Below are positions 26,534 to 36,014 of a stretch of 64,000 bases of DNA, one piece after another. This stretch comes from an uncultured Candidatus Saccharibacteria bacterium (GTDB lineage: Bacteria; Patescibacteriota; Minisyncoccia; Phycocordibacterales; UBA9988), in contig CAYNXC010000001.1 of assembly GCA_964401135.1 (NCBI GenBank), positions 2,627 through 66,626 of the forward strand, written 5' to 3'. Each line of letters begins with the position of its first letter. Positions within the stretch are counted from its first letter, which is position 1. A program made the translations under genes and the position numbers. The notes beneath the pieces are model-generated. The model saw only the letters and a list, made by a program, of their open reading frames with translations, did not search any database and had not been told where the DNA came from.

Positions 26534-28723
26534 CTATTTCGCTGTTACAACAGCTTCATCAAAACGGATAGAAAGCAGTTTTGAGATGGAGTCGGCAGTC
26601 ATGGTCACACCATAGAGGATGCCGGCACGGCTCATGGTCTCGCGGTTGTGGGTAATCACAATGAGTTGAGAAAATCTGGACAGATTCTCAATCATATCGC
26701 CATAGCGGCGCGAGTTTGCCTCATCTAAGGCCGCGTCCGTCTCGTCAAGAATAAGGAATGGCGGCGGATTAACCTGTGAGATGGCAAAGAGGAGCGCAAT
26801 GGAGGTCAGCGCCCGCTCACCTCCAGAGAGCATATGGATACCACGAATTTTCTTGCGCGGGAGAGAGACCGAGATATCAATCCCCGTCTCCTCCTCTCCT
26901 TCTATAGCCTCTTCTTCTCCTTGCTTACGACGCTTTGCTTTAATTACAAAAATGGATGCTGTCCCACCACCAAACATCAGTGAAAAAAAGTTCTGAAACT
27001 CGGCGTTAATTTTCTCTATCCCTTCATTGAACTCGTGCTCCAGTGTCCCTTCTAACTCTCGCAATACATGGAGTAAGGACTGTTCACTCGCACGGAGATC
27101 CTCCAATTCACGCGCGAGATAGCTGTCACGCTCTGAGACCTCACCGTACTCTTTTGCAATATCCTCTCCACCCGCGCCAAGATCCTCCAATTTGAAGCGG
27201 AGTCGATCAATCTGCTTACGACATAGCTCTTGCACATCTCTCCCATCAAGTTCCGTAGTCTCTCTTCGAGAGTAGTTTAGCGCTTCGCGGCCAATCAAGA
27301 TTCGCGCCTCTTCAAGGAGTGATCTAAAATCCCGCTCCGCACTTTCACAGGCTGTCTTCTTCAGAGAGAGGGACTCCAACTCTTGGCGGAGCTCAGAACG
27401 CCGCGATTTAAGATCGTAGAGTGTGCGTTCCTGTTCTCGCACCTGTGACTCCGATTCTGTAATCCGTGTACGGAGTATGTCCGCCTCGGCGCGAAGTTCC
27501 TCCTCACGGGTAAGCACGGTGCCAAGCGCGCGCTCTAGTGTCTCTTTCTCTCTCCTTAGTTCACTCAAGGCATGGCGACGCTCTCCTGCCGCACCAGCAA
27601 AGTGATGTAAAAATGAGCTAATGCGCTCACGGATATCCGCAAGCACCAGCTTGAGTGTTTGTAGGTCCGTACTCTCTTCTCCTGCGGTAAGCGACTCGGT
27701 GATCCCCGAGGAAAGCTCACGGACTCGCGAGAGTGGTATCTGCACATCCCCCTCGGCACTGTCTGCATCCACTACTTCACTGCGTACTTCTATCATTCCC
27801 TCAACGCGCCCTAGCTTGCGCACCAATTCTCCATGCTCCGCTTCAGCTGTAGTAATCTCTCGGCGCAATTCTGTGAGCGCCCGCTCATCATCACTCTCTC
27901 CACGCCCTTCATGAGAGAGGAGCGCTTCTGCTTCTTTTAACTTCCCCTCTATCTCAGAGAGTGCAGATAGGGGCTCTCTCCTCATAGTCTCTATCATCTC
28001 TCTTTCTCTCTGAAGGTAGACTTCTTCATTCGCAAAGTAGTGCTGATACAGAGTGGTAAGTTCGCGCCGCACATCCTCCGCTTGGCGCAGTTTCTCCATC
28101 TGCTTACTTAAAAATTTGAGGTGAGGGGCAATCTCTTTGCGGAGTGCGTCAACCTGCTGTATATTCTCTTGTGTCTTTTCCAACTTCTTTTCACTCTCGG
28201 CAATCTTTAAGTGGTAGACGGTAAGCGAGAGGGCTTCTTCAATCATGCTTTCACGCTCGCGTGGACTCGCGCGCAAAATCCTATCCGCCTCTCCTTGCGA
28301 GATAATGTGATGACTGGTACTACCGAGCCCAACCGAGGCGAGGAGCTCAACAATGTCTTTGAGTCGTACTTTAGAGCGATTGAGAAAGTAATCATTCACC
28401 CCATCGGTATGCACCTCACGCGTGATCATCACTTCATCAAACTCAATCGGTAAAGTACGATCGCGATTATCAAAGGTGAGTGTGACCGAGGCCCTAGACT
28501 GGCGGGGAGTGGACCCCGATCCGTTAAAGATGAGATCTTCTCCGCGCTTTCCACGCAATGTCTTTAAGGATTGCTCTCCCAACACCCAGCGGAATGCTTC
28601 CGCTACATTACTCTTTCCAGATCCATTGGGGCCAACGATAGCCGTGATGGGCGAGCCAAAGATCAGTACTGTTTTTTTTGCAAACGATTTGAAACCGGAG
28701 AGTTCTAAACTCTGTAGTTGCAT
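26534..28723 (-). CDS. smc: SMC-family chromosome segregation ATPase, unusually short (729 aa), no obvious hinge
   Basis: N-terminal LELSGFKSFAKKTVLIFGSPITAIVGPNGSGKSN...AFRWVLGEQS; C-terminal LSGGERALTSIALLFAI, LILDETDAALD. Confidence 0.75.
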   Translation of the reverse strand: MQLQSLELSGFKSFAKKTVLIFGSPITAIVGPNGSGKSNVAEAFRWVLGEQSLKTLRGKRGEDLIFNGSGSTPRQSRASVTLTFDNRDRTLPIEFDEVMITREVHTDGVNDYFLNRSKVRLKDIVELLASVGLGSTSHHIISQGEADRILRASPRERESMIEEALSLTVYHLKIAESEKKLEKTQENIQQVDALRKEIAPHLKFLSKQMEKLRQAEDVRRELTTLYQHYFANEEVYLQREREMIETMRREPLSALSEIEGKLKEAEALLSHEGRGESDDERALTELRREITTAEAEHGELVRKLGRVEGMIEVRSEVVDADSAEGDVQIPLSRVRELSSGITESLTAGEESTDLQTLKLVLADIRERISSFLHHFAGAAGERRHALSELRREKETLERALGTVLTREEELRAEADILRTRITESESQVREQERTLYDLKSRRSELRQELESLSLKKTACESAERDFRSLLEEARILIGREALNYSRRETTELDGRDVQELCRKQIDRLRFKLEDLGAGGEDIAKEYGEVSERDSYLARELEDLRASEQSLLHVLRELEGTLEHEFNEGIEKINAEFQNFFSLMFGGGTASIFVIKAKRRKQGEEEAIEGEEETGIDISVSLPRKKIRGIHMLSGGERALTSIALLFAISQVNPPPFLILDETDAALDEANSRRYGDMIENLSRFSQLIVITHNRETMSRAGILYGVTMTADSISKLLSIRFDEAVVTAK

Positions 28724-28741
28724 GCGCCTATTGTAACAGGT

Positions 28742-29449
28742 TTAGGAGCGTGGACTCCAGTGCTTCTCGTTGAGAGCTTTGCGAGCCGCATCCTGCTCCG
28801 CTTCTTGTTTTGAGTGTCCAGTTCCTTGAGAGATCTGGATTGACCCTAGAAACACACCGATGGTAAACTTCTTATTATGATCAGGTCCAGACTCTGCCAG
28901 CACTTGGTAATTGGGAGTAACACCCTCCTTTTCTTGCGCCTGCTCTTGGAAGAAGCTCTTCGCATCCAGCCAAAGGTTGTCAGCTAGGATAGACTCCAGA
29001 CGAGAGATAAGGTGTGTTGTAATAAAGTCACGCGCCTTTTCATAGCCTTGGTCAAGATAAAGCGCACCTACCACTGCCTCGTATGTATTGGCGAGGATCA
29101 CTTGCCGTGCGCGTCCCTCATCCTTTGATTCTCCTCGCGAGAGGAGGAGGTAGTCGTTCATCGTGAGTCCCTGTGCCACTTGCGAGACGGTCACGGCGTT
29201 TACCAGTGCGGAGCGATACGAGGTCAGTGTCCCCTCATCCTCCTTAGGATATGTCTTGTAGAGGTAGTCAGTCACTACTAACTCCAATACTGCGTCACCT
29301 AAGAATTCTAACCTCTCATTATGCCCTAATCGCGATTTTGGATTCTCATTTAAAAATGAGCGATGGATGAAAGCCTGCTCAAGCAGATCCTTATCGGTAA
29401 ATGTCACACCAATATGCTCTTCAAAAGAGGAAAAATCTGATTCTCTCAT
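28742..29449 (-). CDS. rnc: Ribonuclease III
   Basis: ERLEFLGDAVLELVVTDYLY signature plus C-terminal dsRBD. Confidence 0.9.
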   Translation of the reverse strand: MRESDFSSFEEHIGVTFTDKDLLEQAFIHRSFLNENPKSRLGHNERLEFLGDAVLELVVTDYLYKTYPKEDEGTLTSYRSALVNAVTVSQVAQGLTMNDYLLLSRGESKDEGRARQVILANTYEAVVGALYLDQGYEKARDFITTHLISRLESILADNLWLDAKSFFQEQAQEKEGVTPNYQVLAESGPDHNKKFTIGVFLGSIQISQGTGHSKQEAEQDAARKALNEKHWSPRS

Positions 29450-30363
29450 AGTCCCTGCCTTTCAATAATCGTCTGTATGCCCTTAGTAATAATAGGAACA
29501 ATATCGTCGTAGATGCGCAAATCGCCAATCTCATCAAGGGTGAACCACTCCGCCCTATCTAGCCCTCCTTCCTTAGAGAGCTTGAGTTTGTTCTTATCTT
29601 TTGCCTCTGCAAGAAAGTAATGCACCTGCTTACGCACTTTGCCCTTCTCGGGGTGAGATGCGACATACTCGTTTGCACCAAGCTCGGAGACAATAGCAAT
29701 TTCAAGTGAGAGTTCTTCATAAATTTCGCGTATAGTCCCCTCTTCTGCATTCTCTCCCGCTTCAATGTGCCCCTTTGAGAGTGTCCAGTAACCAAACACA
29801 TCGTGCACTAGTGCAAGGCGGATGGTCCCGTGATCGTTGCTATAGACCACTGCACCTCCGAGTTTTTCTACAGGGAGTTTTTCTGGATCAATGTCTTCAC
29901 CCTTCACTTTGCGCTTTTTAGCTGGGACATCGTCCTTTCCCGGCTCTCCCATTTCGCGATAGACTGAGCCAAGCACGCCGTTTACAAATTTACCGCTGGA
30001 CTCACCGCCAAACATCTTTGCAAGCTCTATAGCTTCGTTGATGGCTACCTTTGCGGGTACTTCACCCTTGTCTCCAAAGAGGAGCTCAAAGAGACCGAGA
30101 CGGAGCACATTCCTATCAACGATAGAGATCTGCTCTATCGGCCAATCAGGTGCAAACTTCTCTATGACCGAGTCAATTTTCTCGCGGTACTCAATGACAC
30201 CAGACACGAGCGATTTGGTGAATCGGGTGTCGTCAAGCCCCGGAGCAAATTCCGCCACATTTGCCTCCACAACAGGAGAGAGTCCTTCGCTGGGTCTATC
30301 CATGAAGTCCCACTCAAAGAGTGACTGGAGCGCTATGCTGCGTGAAAGGTGCCGATTGGCCAT
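29446..30363 (-). CDS. nusB: NusB antitermination factor fused to a C-terminal Nudix hydrolase domain
   Basis: NusB: SRSIALQSLFEWDF...KVAINEAIELAKMFGGESSGKFVNGVLG. Nudix box GHIEAGENAEEGTIREIYEELSLEI. Confidence 0.75.
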   Translation of the reverse strand: MANRHLSRSIALQSLFEWDFMDRPSEGLSPVVEANVAEFAPGLDDTRFTKSLVSGVIEYREKIDSVIEKFAPDWPIEQISIVDRNVLRLGLFELLFGDKGEVPAKVAINEAIELAKMFGGESSGKFVNGVLGSVYREMGEPGKDDVPAKKRKVKGEDIDPEKLPVEKLGGAVVYSNDHGTIRLALVHDVFGYWTLSKGHIEAGENAEEGTIREIYEELSLEIAIVSELGANEYVASHPEKGKVRKQVHYFLAEAKDKNKLKLSKEGGLDRAEWFTLDEIGDLRIYDDIVPIITKGIQTIIERQGL

Positions 30364-30393
30364 ATAAAAAAGATCTTTTGTAAAACCGCAAAA

Positions 30394-30624
30394 CTACTTG
30401 GCAGATCGGGCTGCCTGCTTGCGCTTACGCTCTTGCTTCTTCTCCACCTTCGCAAGCACATTCAATATCTCACGCTTGCGGTAAGTACCGCATGCCAGAC
30501 AGACACGATGGCGCACATGCAGAGCTCCGCACTTGGTGCAAGTCGAAAGACGCACACCCGTAATGGCGTGGTGAGAGCGTCTATTGCCCGTGTGGGCACG
30601 CGTATGGCGCATGCGTACTGACAT
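30394..30624 (-). CDS. rpmF: 50S ribosomal protein L32 (start at internal Met of track ORF)
   Basis: MSVRMRHTRAHTGNRRSHHAI...C-x2-C...C-x2-C zinc ribbon. Confidence 0.75.
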   Translation of the reverse strand: MSVRMRHTRAHTGNRRSHHAITGVRLSTCTKCGALHVRHRVCLACGTYRKREILNVLAKVEKKQERKRKQAARSAK

Positions 30625-30754
30625 GCCTGTTACTATACACAAAAGTGTAAAAGACGGCAAGAGGAACCCCCCGACAAGTGAGATTGATGTGGTAAGGTAA
30701 TTAAGGACGGTTGATTTCAATCATCCGCTCTTCTTGAGATAACACCTCTTTGTA

Positions 30755-31429
30755 TTATATCATACCCAGTAACTTTTTACAATAGCTTCTCCTGTGTATA
30801 GGAGAGAGACCGTGCTTCTTGAGGGCACGGTAGTGCAGAGGAGTACCGTAGCCCTTGTGGATGACAAATCCATACTCAGGATACTTCTCTGCAAGACGAG
30901 TAATCCTCCTGTCTCGTCGCACTTTTGCAATGATTGAGGCCGCGGCTATGATCGCTACCCGATCATCCCCTTGTATGATTGTCTCCTGATTTTTCCACTC
31001 GAGTGGAGCAGAGAGTGATCCGTCAAGAAGTACTCGCGCCGCCGCGGGATTGATTCCTAACTTATGGAGAGATCGCGCCACACCAAGTGCGATTGCTCTA
31101 CCAATGCCACGGCGATCAACCACAGAGTGTGACACCATACTGGAAGCAATTTTAATATTTCCCTCCTTAAACTCTTTTAGAAGGAGTGCAAACCAGCGCT
31201 CGCGTACATGCTCCGTCAATCTTTTTGAGTCGCGGATACCTGTAAGCAAGCGTCCTCGTCTTTTGTAGAGCGTTTCTGGGAAGGCGACTGCCGCAACCGA
31301 GACCGGCCCCGCCAAGGGCCCTCTCCCTGCTTCATCTATCCCCACCACAAAGTGCTGTCCCCGCATATCTTTAGAGTATACACCTGAACACAAAAGAAAA
31401 GCTCCTATAATATACATCATATACACCAT
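30755..31429 (-). CDS. rnhB: Ribonuclease HII (true start possibly Met22, 31366)
   Basis: VVGIDEAGRGPLAGPV. Confidence 0.85.
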   Translation of the reverse strand: MVYMMYIIGAFLLCSGVYSKDMRGQHFVVGIDEAGRGPLAGPVSVAAVAFPETLYKRRGRLLTGIRDSKRLTEHVRERWFALLLKEFKEGNIKIASSMVSHSVVDRRGIGRAIALGVARSLHKLGINPAAARVLLDGSLSAPLEWKNQETIIQGDDRVAIIAAASIIAKVRRDRRITRLAEKYPEYGFVIHKGYGTPLHYRALKKHGLSPIHRRSYCKKLLGMI

Positions 31430-31449
31430 AGATATATGAGTAATAAAAG

Positions 31450-31474
31450 TATCACGGCCGTGAAAGTTTTATTA
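31450..31474. repeat. 25-bp perfect direct repeat copy 1 (TATCACGGCCGTGAAAGTTTTATTA) containing the palindrome CACGGCCGTG
   Basis: Identical to 32108..32132. Lies just upstream of the minus-strand rnhB. Confidence 0.7.
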
Positions 31475-31514
31475 CACTTGGGTTATTACTGTTTTAATTC
31501 TCTAGCTATCTACT

Positions 31515-32096
31515 TTATATAAGTCCGAATGATTCTCTGAGCCGACGATCATTCTCAATGGAGTCGGCGGTAATATAGAGTACATCCTTCCCCACATGCA
31601 TATGCACCTTAAGTAGGGTCACCACTTCTTGGCACTCATAGGGGTAGACCCAGACACTTTGCTGGAGCTGAACAAAACCTAAACGGGTAAGCCAAGCTCG
31701 GAGCATATCCCGAGTGGTATGACGCGTCTCTTTGATATCAAAAATGATAATCCGATATTTCTTATCCCAACGCCGTGGTCTTTTTAATGTAAGGTCCTTA
31801 AGCCGGTAACGCGCAAGAAACTCCTCTCCCTTTGGAGTAAGCCACAATGTGGCTCCTACTCCTTCCTTATGCCCCCGTTTTAACAATCCTCGTCGGATAC
31901 ATCGTTTAATTACCGTATTGATGTAATAGCGTTTTTGGTGTGCAAAAGGAGGAGTATACTTGAGAAGACGCATCGCATTGGGGGCAACTGCAGCAAGAGC
32001 GATAATCCCTGCTAGACCAATAACTCCAAGTACAATGCCGCCAACATCTCCAACAAACTCTTCTCTTCTTTTCTTCTTATATCCCTCCGTGAACAT
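31515..32096 (-). CDS. Hypothetical membrane-anchored winged-helix protein (N-terminal TM, central wHTH ...LTPKGEEFL, C-terminal Cas2/VapD-like-looking segment)
   Basis: TM GGIVLGVIGLAGIIALAAV. YYINTVIKRCIRRGLLKR...LWLTPKGEEFL. YRIIIFDIKE...LRAWLTRLGFVQLQQSVWVY. Confidence 0.4.
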   Translation of the reverse strand: MFTEGYKKKRREEFVGDVGGIVLGVIGLAGIIALAAVAPNAMRLLKYTPPFAHQKRYYINTVIKRCIRRGLLKRGHKEGVGATLWLTPKGEEFLARYRLKDLTLKRPRRWDKKYRIIIFDIKETRHTTRDMLRAWLTRLGFVQLQQSVWVYPYECQEVVTLLKVHMHVGKDVLYITADSIENDRRLRESFGLI

Positions 32097-32107
32097 TATA
32101 ATAATAC

Positions 32108-32132
32108 TATCACGGCCGTGAAAGTTTTATTA
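32108..32132. repeat. 25-bp perfect direct repeat copy 2
   Basis: Identical to 31450..31474. Lies in the divergent promoter region between the hypothetical gene and dnaE. Confidence 0.7.
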
Positions 32133-32194
32133 TGTCTGTGTAAGTGATAAGGGAAGTAATGGGAGTGGTAGGAACTCTGTTATACTAGTAGCCA

Positions 32195-35100
32195 ATGGCG
32201 TTCGTCCACCTACACAACCATAGCCACTACTCCCTTCTCGACGGATTGGTGAAAATTCCCGAGCTTGTAAAGAAGGCAAAGGAGTACAGTTGTCCCGCAC
32301 TTGCGCTCACCGACCACGGCAACCTATATGGCGCAATTGAGTTCTACAAAAGATGTATCGCTGACGAGATTAAGCCCATCATCGGCGTAGAGGCCTACAT
32401 GGCAGCGCGTACACGCTTTGATAAAGAGGCACGCATAGACTCCAAGCGTTACCACCTCACCCTCCTCGCAAAAAATGAGATCGGGTACAAAAATCTCATC
32501 CGCATGGTGACCAAAGCAAACCTTGAGGGCTACTACTACAAACCACGCATGGATAAGGATCTCTTGCGCGAGTACCACGAGGGAATCATTTGTCTCTCTG
32601 GTTGCTTGGGAAGTGAAGTCTCGCAAGCCGCCCTTGTGGGAGATACAGAAAAGCTCACAACACTTATCCGTGAATACCAAGAGATCTTTGGTATGGAGGA
32701 CTACTTTATTGAGATCATGCACCACCCTGCCATAGAGGGGCAGGCACGGACCAAGGCCCTCCTCATTGAGACTGCCAATAAATTGAACATCCCCCTCGTC
32801 GCAACGCATGACGCGCACTACCTCAACACAGAAGACAGTCGCGCACACCAAACGCTCGTTGCGGTACAGACCAACACAGACATCCAAGATGCCAAGACAA
32901 TGACAAACGGTGCGGAGGATTTCTCTTTTGTGAATGAGGAACGATTCCGCTCATTTTTCACCGATGCGCCAGGGGCAGTGGATAACACACTCCGAGTTGC
33001 AGAGCTCTGCTCGGTAACACTTGATCTGGGCAAGTGGCACTTCCCTGACTACACTATTCCCCCTGGAGAAACATTTGAGAGCATCCTCACTAAACAAGCA
33101 GAAGAGAGTCTCACTGCCTATGTACGAGAAAATCCCGAGTATGCAGATAGTGCTCCTGGACGCATGCACTACGAATTGGATATCATCTGCCGGAAGGGAT
33201 ACGCGCCTTACTTCCTGACTGTCTCTGACATTTATGCCGCCGCAAAGAGGCTTGATGTACTCACCAATACGAGAGGTTCTGCGGCAGGATCTTTCGTGTC
33301 CTTCTTGGTGGGAATCGGCGCAGTGGATCCGCTAAAGTACAAGCTCCCCTTTGAACGCTTTTTGAATCCTGATCGTCCTTCACCTCCTGATATTGATATG
33401 GACTTTGCCGATACAGGACGAGAAAAAATTCTTGACTATGTGCGCAGTAAGTATGGAGAAGAAAAAGTGGCACAGATTGGCACATTTGGCTCTATGATGG
33501 CACGCGGTGCCGTTCGTGATGTGGCGCGTGCTCTCGGCCACCCATACGCACTTGGTGACCGTGTTTCTAAGTCAATCCCGATGGGAAGCCAGGGATTCCC
33601 CATGACTATTGATCGTGCGATGGAGCTTGAGCCAGAGCTTAAGAAAATGTACGAGACAGAGACGGAGGTGCGAGAGATTATTGACTTGGCAAAAAAATTA
33701 GAGGGTTGTGCACGGCACATCAGCGTCCACGCCGCAGGAGTGGTGATTGCTCCTACCGAGATTACCAACTTTGTTCCTGTACAGCTTGACCCCAAGGGTG
33801 GCAAAATTATTACCCAGTACGATATGCACGGCGTGGAGGATGCCGGTCTACTCAAGTTTGATTTTCTTGGTATTCGGAACCTCGCTATTTTAGAAGGAGC
33901 CGTGCGCCTGGTAAAGAAGACAACGGGAAAACTCGTAGATCTGGACAAGATCCCACTTGATGATAAAAAAACATACACCATGCTCGCGCGCGGAGAGACA
34001 ATGGGGCTCTTCCAGCTCAACGGGTCGGGGATGACGCGTTGGCTCAAGGAGCTGAAGCCCTCCACCATCCACGACATTAACGCCATGGTTGCCCTGTACC
34101 GCCCTGGACCGATGGAGTCCATCCACGAGTATATTAGGCGTAAACACAATCCACGGACTGTGAGCTACCTCGATCCACGGATGGAGAAAATCTTGGATCA
34201 GAGCTATGGCGTAATTACATACCAAGACGATGTCATGATGATTGCCATTGAGATCGCTGGCTACTCATGGACAGAAGCAGACAAACTGCGCAAAGCAATG
34301 GGGAAAAAGATCCCTGCTGAGATGGCCATCCAAAAAGAAAAACTGTTGGAAGGTTTTGTTGCTTATGGGAAATTGAGTACAGAAAGAGCACACGCACTCT
34401 GGCTACTCATTGAACCCTTTGCCGCGTATGGATTTAACAAAGCACACGCCGCAAGCTACGGACATGTAGCGTACCAGACTGCGTATATGAAGGCTAACTT
34501 CCCCAGTGAGTATATGACCGCCGTTCTCTCGGCAGAATCGGGTGATGTAGAGGAGATTGCGCGCATCATTGATGAGTGTAAACGGATGAAGATCCCCGTG
34601 CTACCACCAGATGTGAATGAGAGCTATGGCGATTTTACCGTCATAAAGGATCCGGAGCAGAACAAGATCCGTTTTGGACTCTACTCTATCAAAAATCTTG
34701 GGACAGAAATTGCCGATGCAATTGTCGCGGAGCGGAGCGAACACGAGCACTACGCCTCCTTTGCCGACTTTTTAGAACGAGTACGGCATAAGAACTTGAA
34801 CAGGAAATCGCTAGAGTCCCTGACCAAGGCCGGAGCCTTGGACAGTCTTGGGGAAAATCGTGCCACCATCTTAGCGAATATAGAAGAAGCACTCCTCTAT
34901 GCTCGAGAGCTCCACAAGCACGGAGACTTACAAGATTCTCTATTTGGCCTCATGACAGACTCTGGTACCGTGCCCGCTCTGCGACTGAAGAGGACGGATC
35001 CTCTTGCAACAGAGACAATACTCGCGTGGGAAAAAGAGCTCCTCGGTCTTTACATCTCCGGGCACCCCTTAGATAAGTACCGTGATAAGTTGTCACCAGG

Positions 35101-35392
35101 ACATGGTGCAAAAAATACCATTGCAAATGCGAAGAGTGTAACCGATGACTCGCCGGTGGTCGTGGCAGGACTCATTGACGAAGTGCGAGAGATAACCACT
35201 AAGAACAATGAGCATATGGCATTCCTTAAACTTTCAGACTTGAGCGACAGAATTGAGCTAGTCGTCTTCCCTCGTGTCTACAACGAACATAAGGAAGTAT
35301 TTACTCAAGGTACCTGCATTGCCGTCCGTGGCCGCGTCTCGGAGCGTAATGGCGAGCTCTCTATTGTGGTCGAAGGGGTGAAGAGGATTTAG
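32195..35392 (+). CDS. dnaE: DNA polymerase III alpha subunit
   Basis: PHP N-terminus MAFVHLHNHSHYSLLDG; 1065 aa. Confidence 0.9.
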   Translation: MAFVHLHNHSHYSLLDGLVKIPELVKKAKEYSCPALALTDHGNLYGAIEFYKRCIADEIKPIIGVEAYMAARTRFDKEARIDSKRYHLTLLAKNEIGYKNLIRMVTKANLEGYYYKPRMDKDLLREYHEGIICLSGCLGSEVSQAALVGDTEKLTTLIREYQEIFGMEDYFIEIMHHPAIEGQARTKALLIETANKLNIPLVATHDAHYLNTEDSRAHQTLVAVQTNTDIQDAKTMTNGAEDFSFVNEERFRSFFTDAPGAVDNTLRVAELCSVTLDLGKWHFPDYTIPPGETFESILTKQAEESLTAYVRENPEYADSAPGRMHYELDIICRKGYAPYFLTVSDIYAAAKRLDVLTNTRGSAAGSFVSFLVGIGAVDPLKYKLPFERFLNPDRPSPPDIDMDFADTGREKILDYVRSKYGEEKVAQIGTFGSMMARGAVRDVARALGHPYALGDRVSKSIPMGSQGFPMTIDRAMELEPELKKMYETETEVREIIDLAKKLEGCARHISVHAAGVVIAPTEITNFVPVQLDPKGGKIITQYDMHGVEDAGLLKFDFLGIRNLAILEGAVRLVKKTTGKLVDLDKIPLDDKKTYTMLARGETMGLFQLNGSGMTRWLKELKPSTIHDINAMVALYRPGPMESIHEYIRRKHNPRTVSYLDPRMEKILDQSYGVITYQDDVMMIAIEIAGYSWTEADKLRKAMGKKIPAEMAIQKEKLLEGFVAYGKLSTERAHALWLLIEPFAAYGFNKAHAASYGHVAYQTAYMKANFPSEYMTAVLSAESGDVEEIARIIDECKRMKIPVLPPDVNESYGDFTVIKDPEQNKIRFGLYSIKNLGTEIADAIVAERSEHEHYASFADFLERVRHKNLNRKSLESLTKAGALDSLGENRATILANIEEALLYARELHKHGDLQDSLFGLMTDSGTVPALRLKRTDPLATETILAWEKELLGLYISGHPLDKYRDKLSPGHGAKNTIANAKSVTDDSPVVVAGLIDEVREITTKNNEHMAFLKLSDLSDRIELVVFPRVYNEHKEVFTQGTCIAVRGRVSERNGELSIVVEGVKRI

Positions 35393-35908
35393 TTATTTAC
35401 AAGTGTATGCATACGATGGTCCTGAGGTATTAATGACATCATCTTCTGGCTTAGAAGTAAGTGTGTCATTAGTATGCCCTGCTAACTTCCAGTCTATGCA
35501 ATACCATTTTGATCTGCTATTTGCTACAGTACTAGGCAACTGAGCAGCTACTGCGGCCTTGCGGGCTTCTCCTAAGGCACCTGTCTCATAGCAGACAATA
35601 TTATTTGCTCCCACTCTATTCCTTAAGCTAGTCAATAATGGTTTTAACCGGGGATTTGTCCCGTCACAATTTGGACTATATGTAGTAATTGCGTAAGGAT
35701 TATTTGTAGTGTCACGATGTAGAGCCATTGCGGTTCGTAAATTATTCATCTCTTGAATTACCGCCGCATCTCCTGCTTTTTTTCGCGAACTCTGGAGTGA
35801 CGAGAGCACGATGCCAGAGAGTATACCGATGATACCAATGACCACAAGAAGTTCTATGAGAGTGAAGCCTGCCCGCCGATGGATAAGTCCCTGCTTAAAA
35901 ATGTGCAT
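35393..35908 (-). CDS. Type IV pilin/pseudopilin (class III signal peptide)
   Basis: RAGFTLIELLVVIGIIGILSGI prepilin cleavage/methylation motif. Confidence 0.75.
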   Translation of the reverse strand: MHIFKQGLIHRRAGFTLIELLVVIGIIGILSGIVLSSLQSSRKKAGDAAVIQEMNNLRTAMALHRDTTNNPYAITTYSPNCDGTNPRLKPLLTSLRNRVGANNIVCYETGALGEARKAAVAAQLPSTVANSRSKWYCIDWKLAGHTNDTLTSKPEDDVINTSGPSYAYTCK

Positions 35909-36014
35909 ATTAGAAAGATACTAGACTAATAAGACAATTTTCATCAAATACAATTATAATCCTCTTACCGTAGACGCGCAAGACAAAAAGCACTTCTCTT
36001 GTTATTATCTTTGG

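Noticed and set aside
30394-30720. 108-aa version of the rpmF ORF with a hydrophobic N-terminal extension
   Set aside because: L32 homology begins at the internal Met (MSVRMRHTRAH...). The extension has no counterpart in L32 and overlaps the upstream intergenic promoter.
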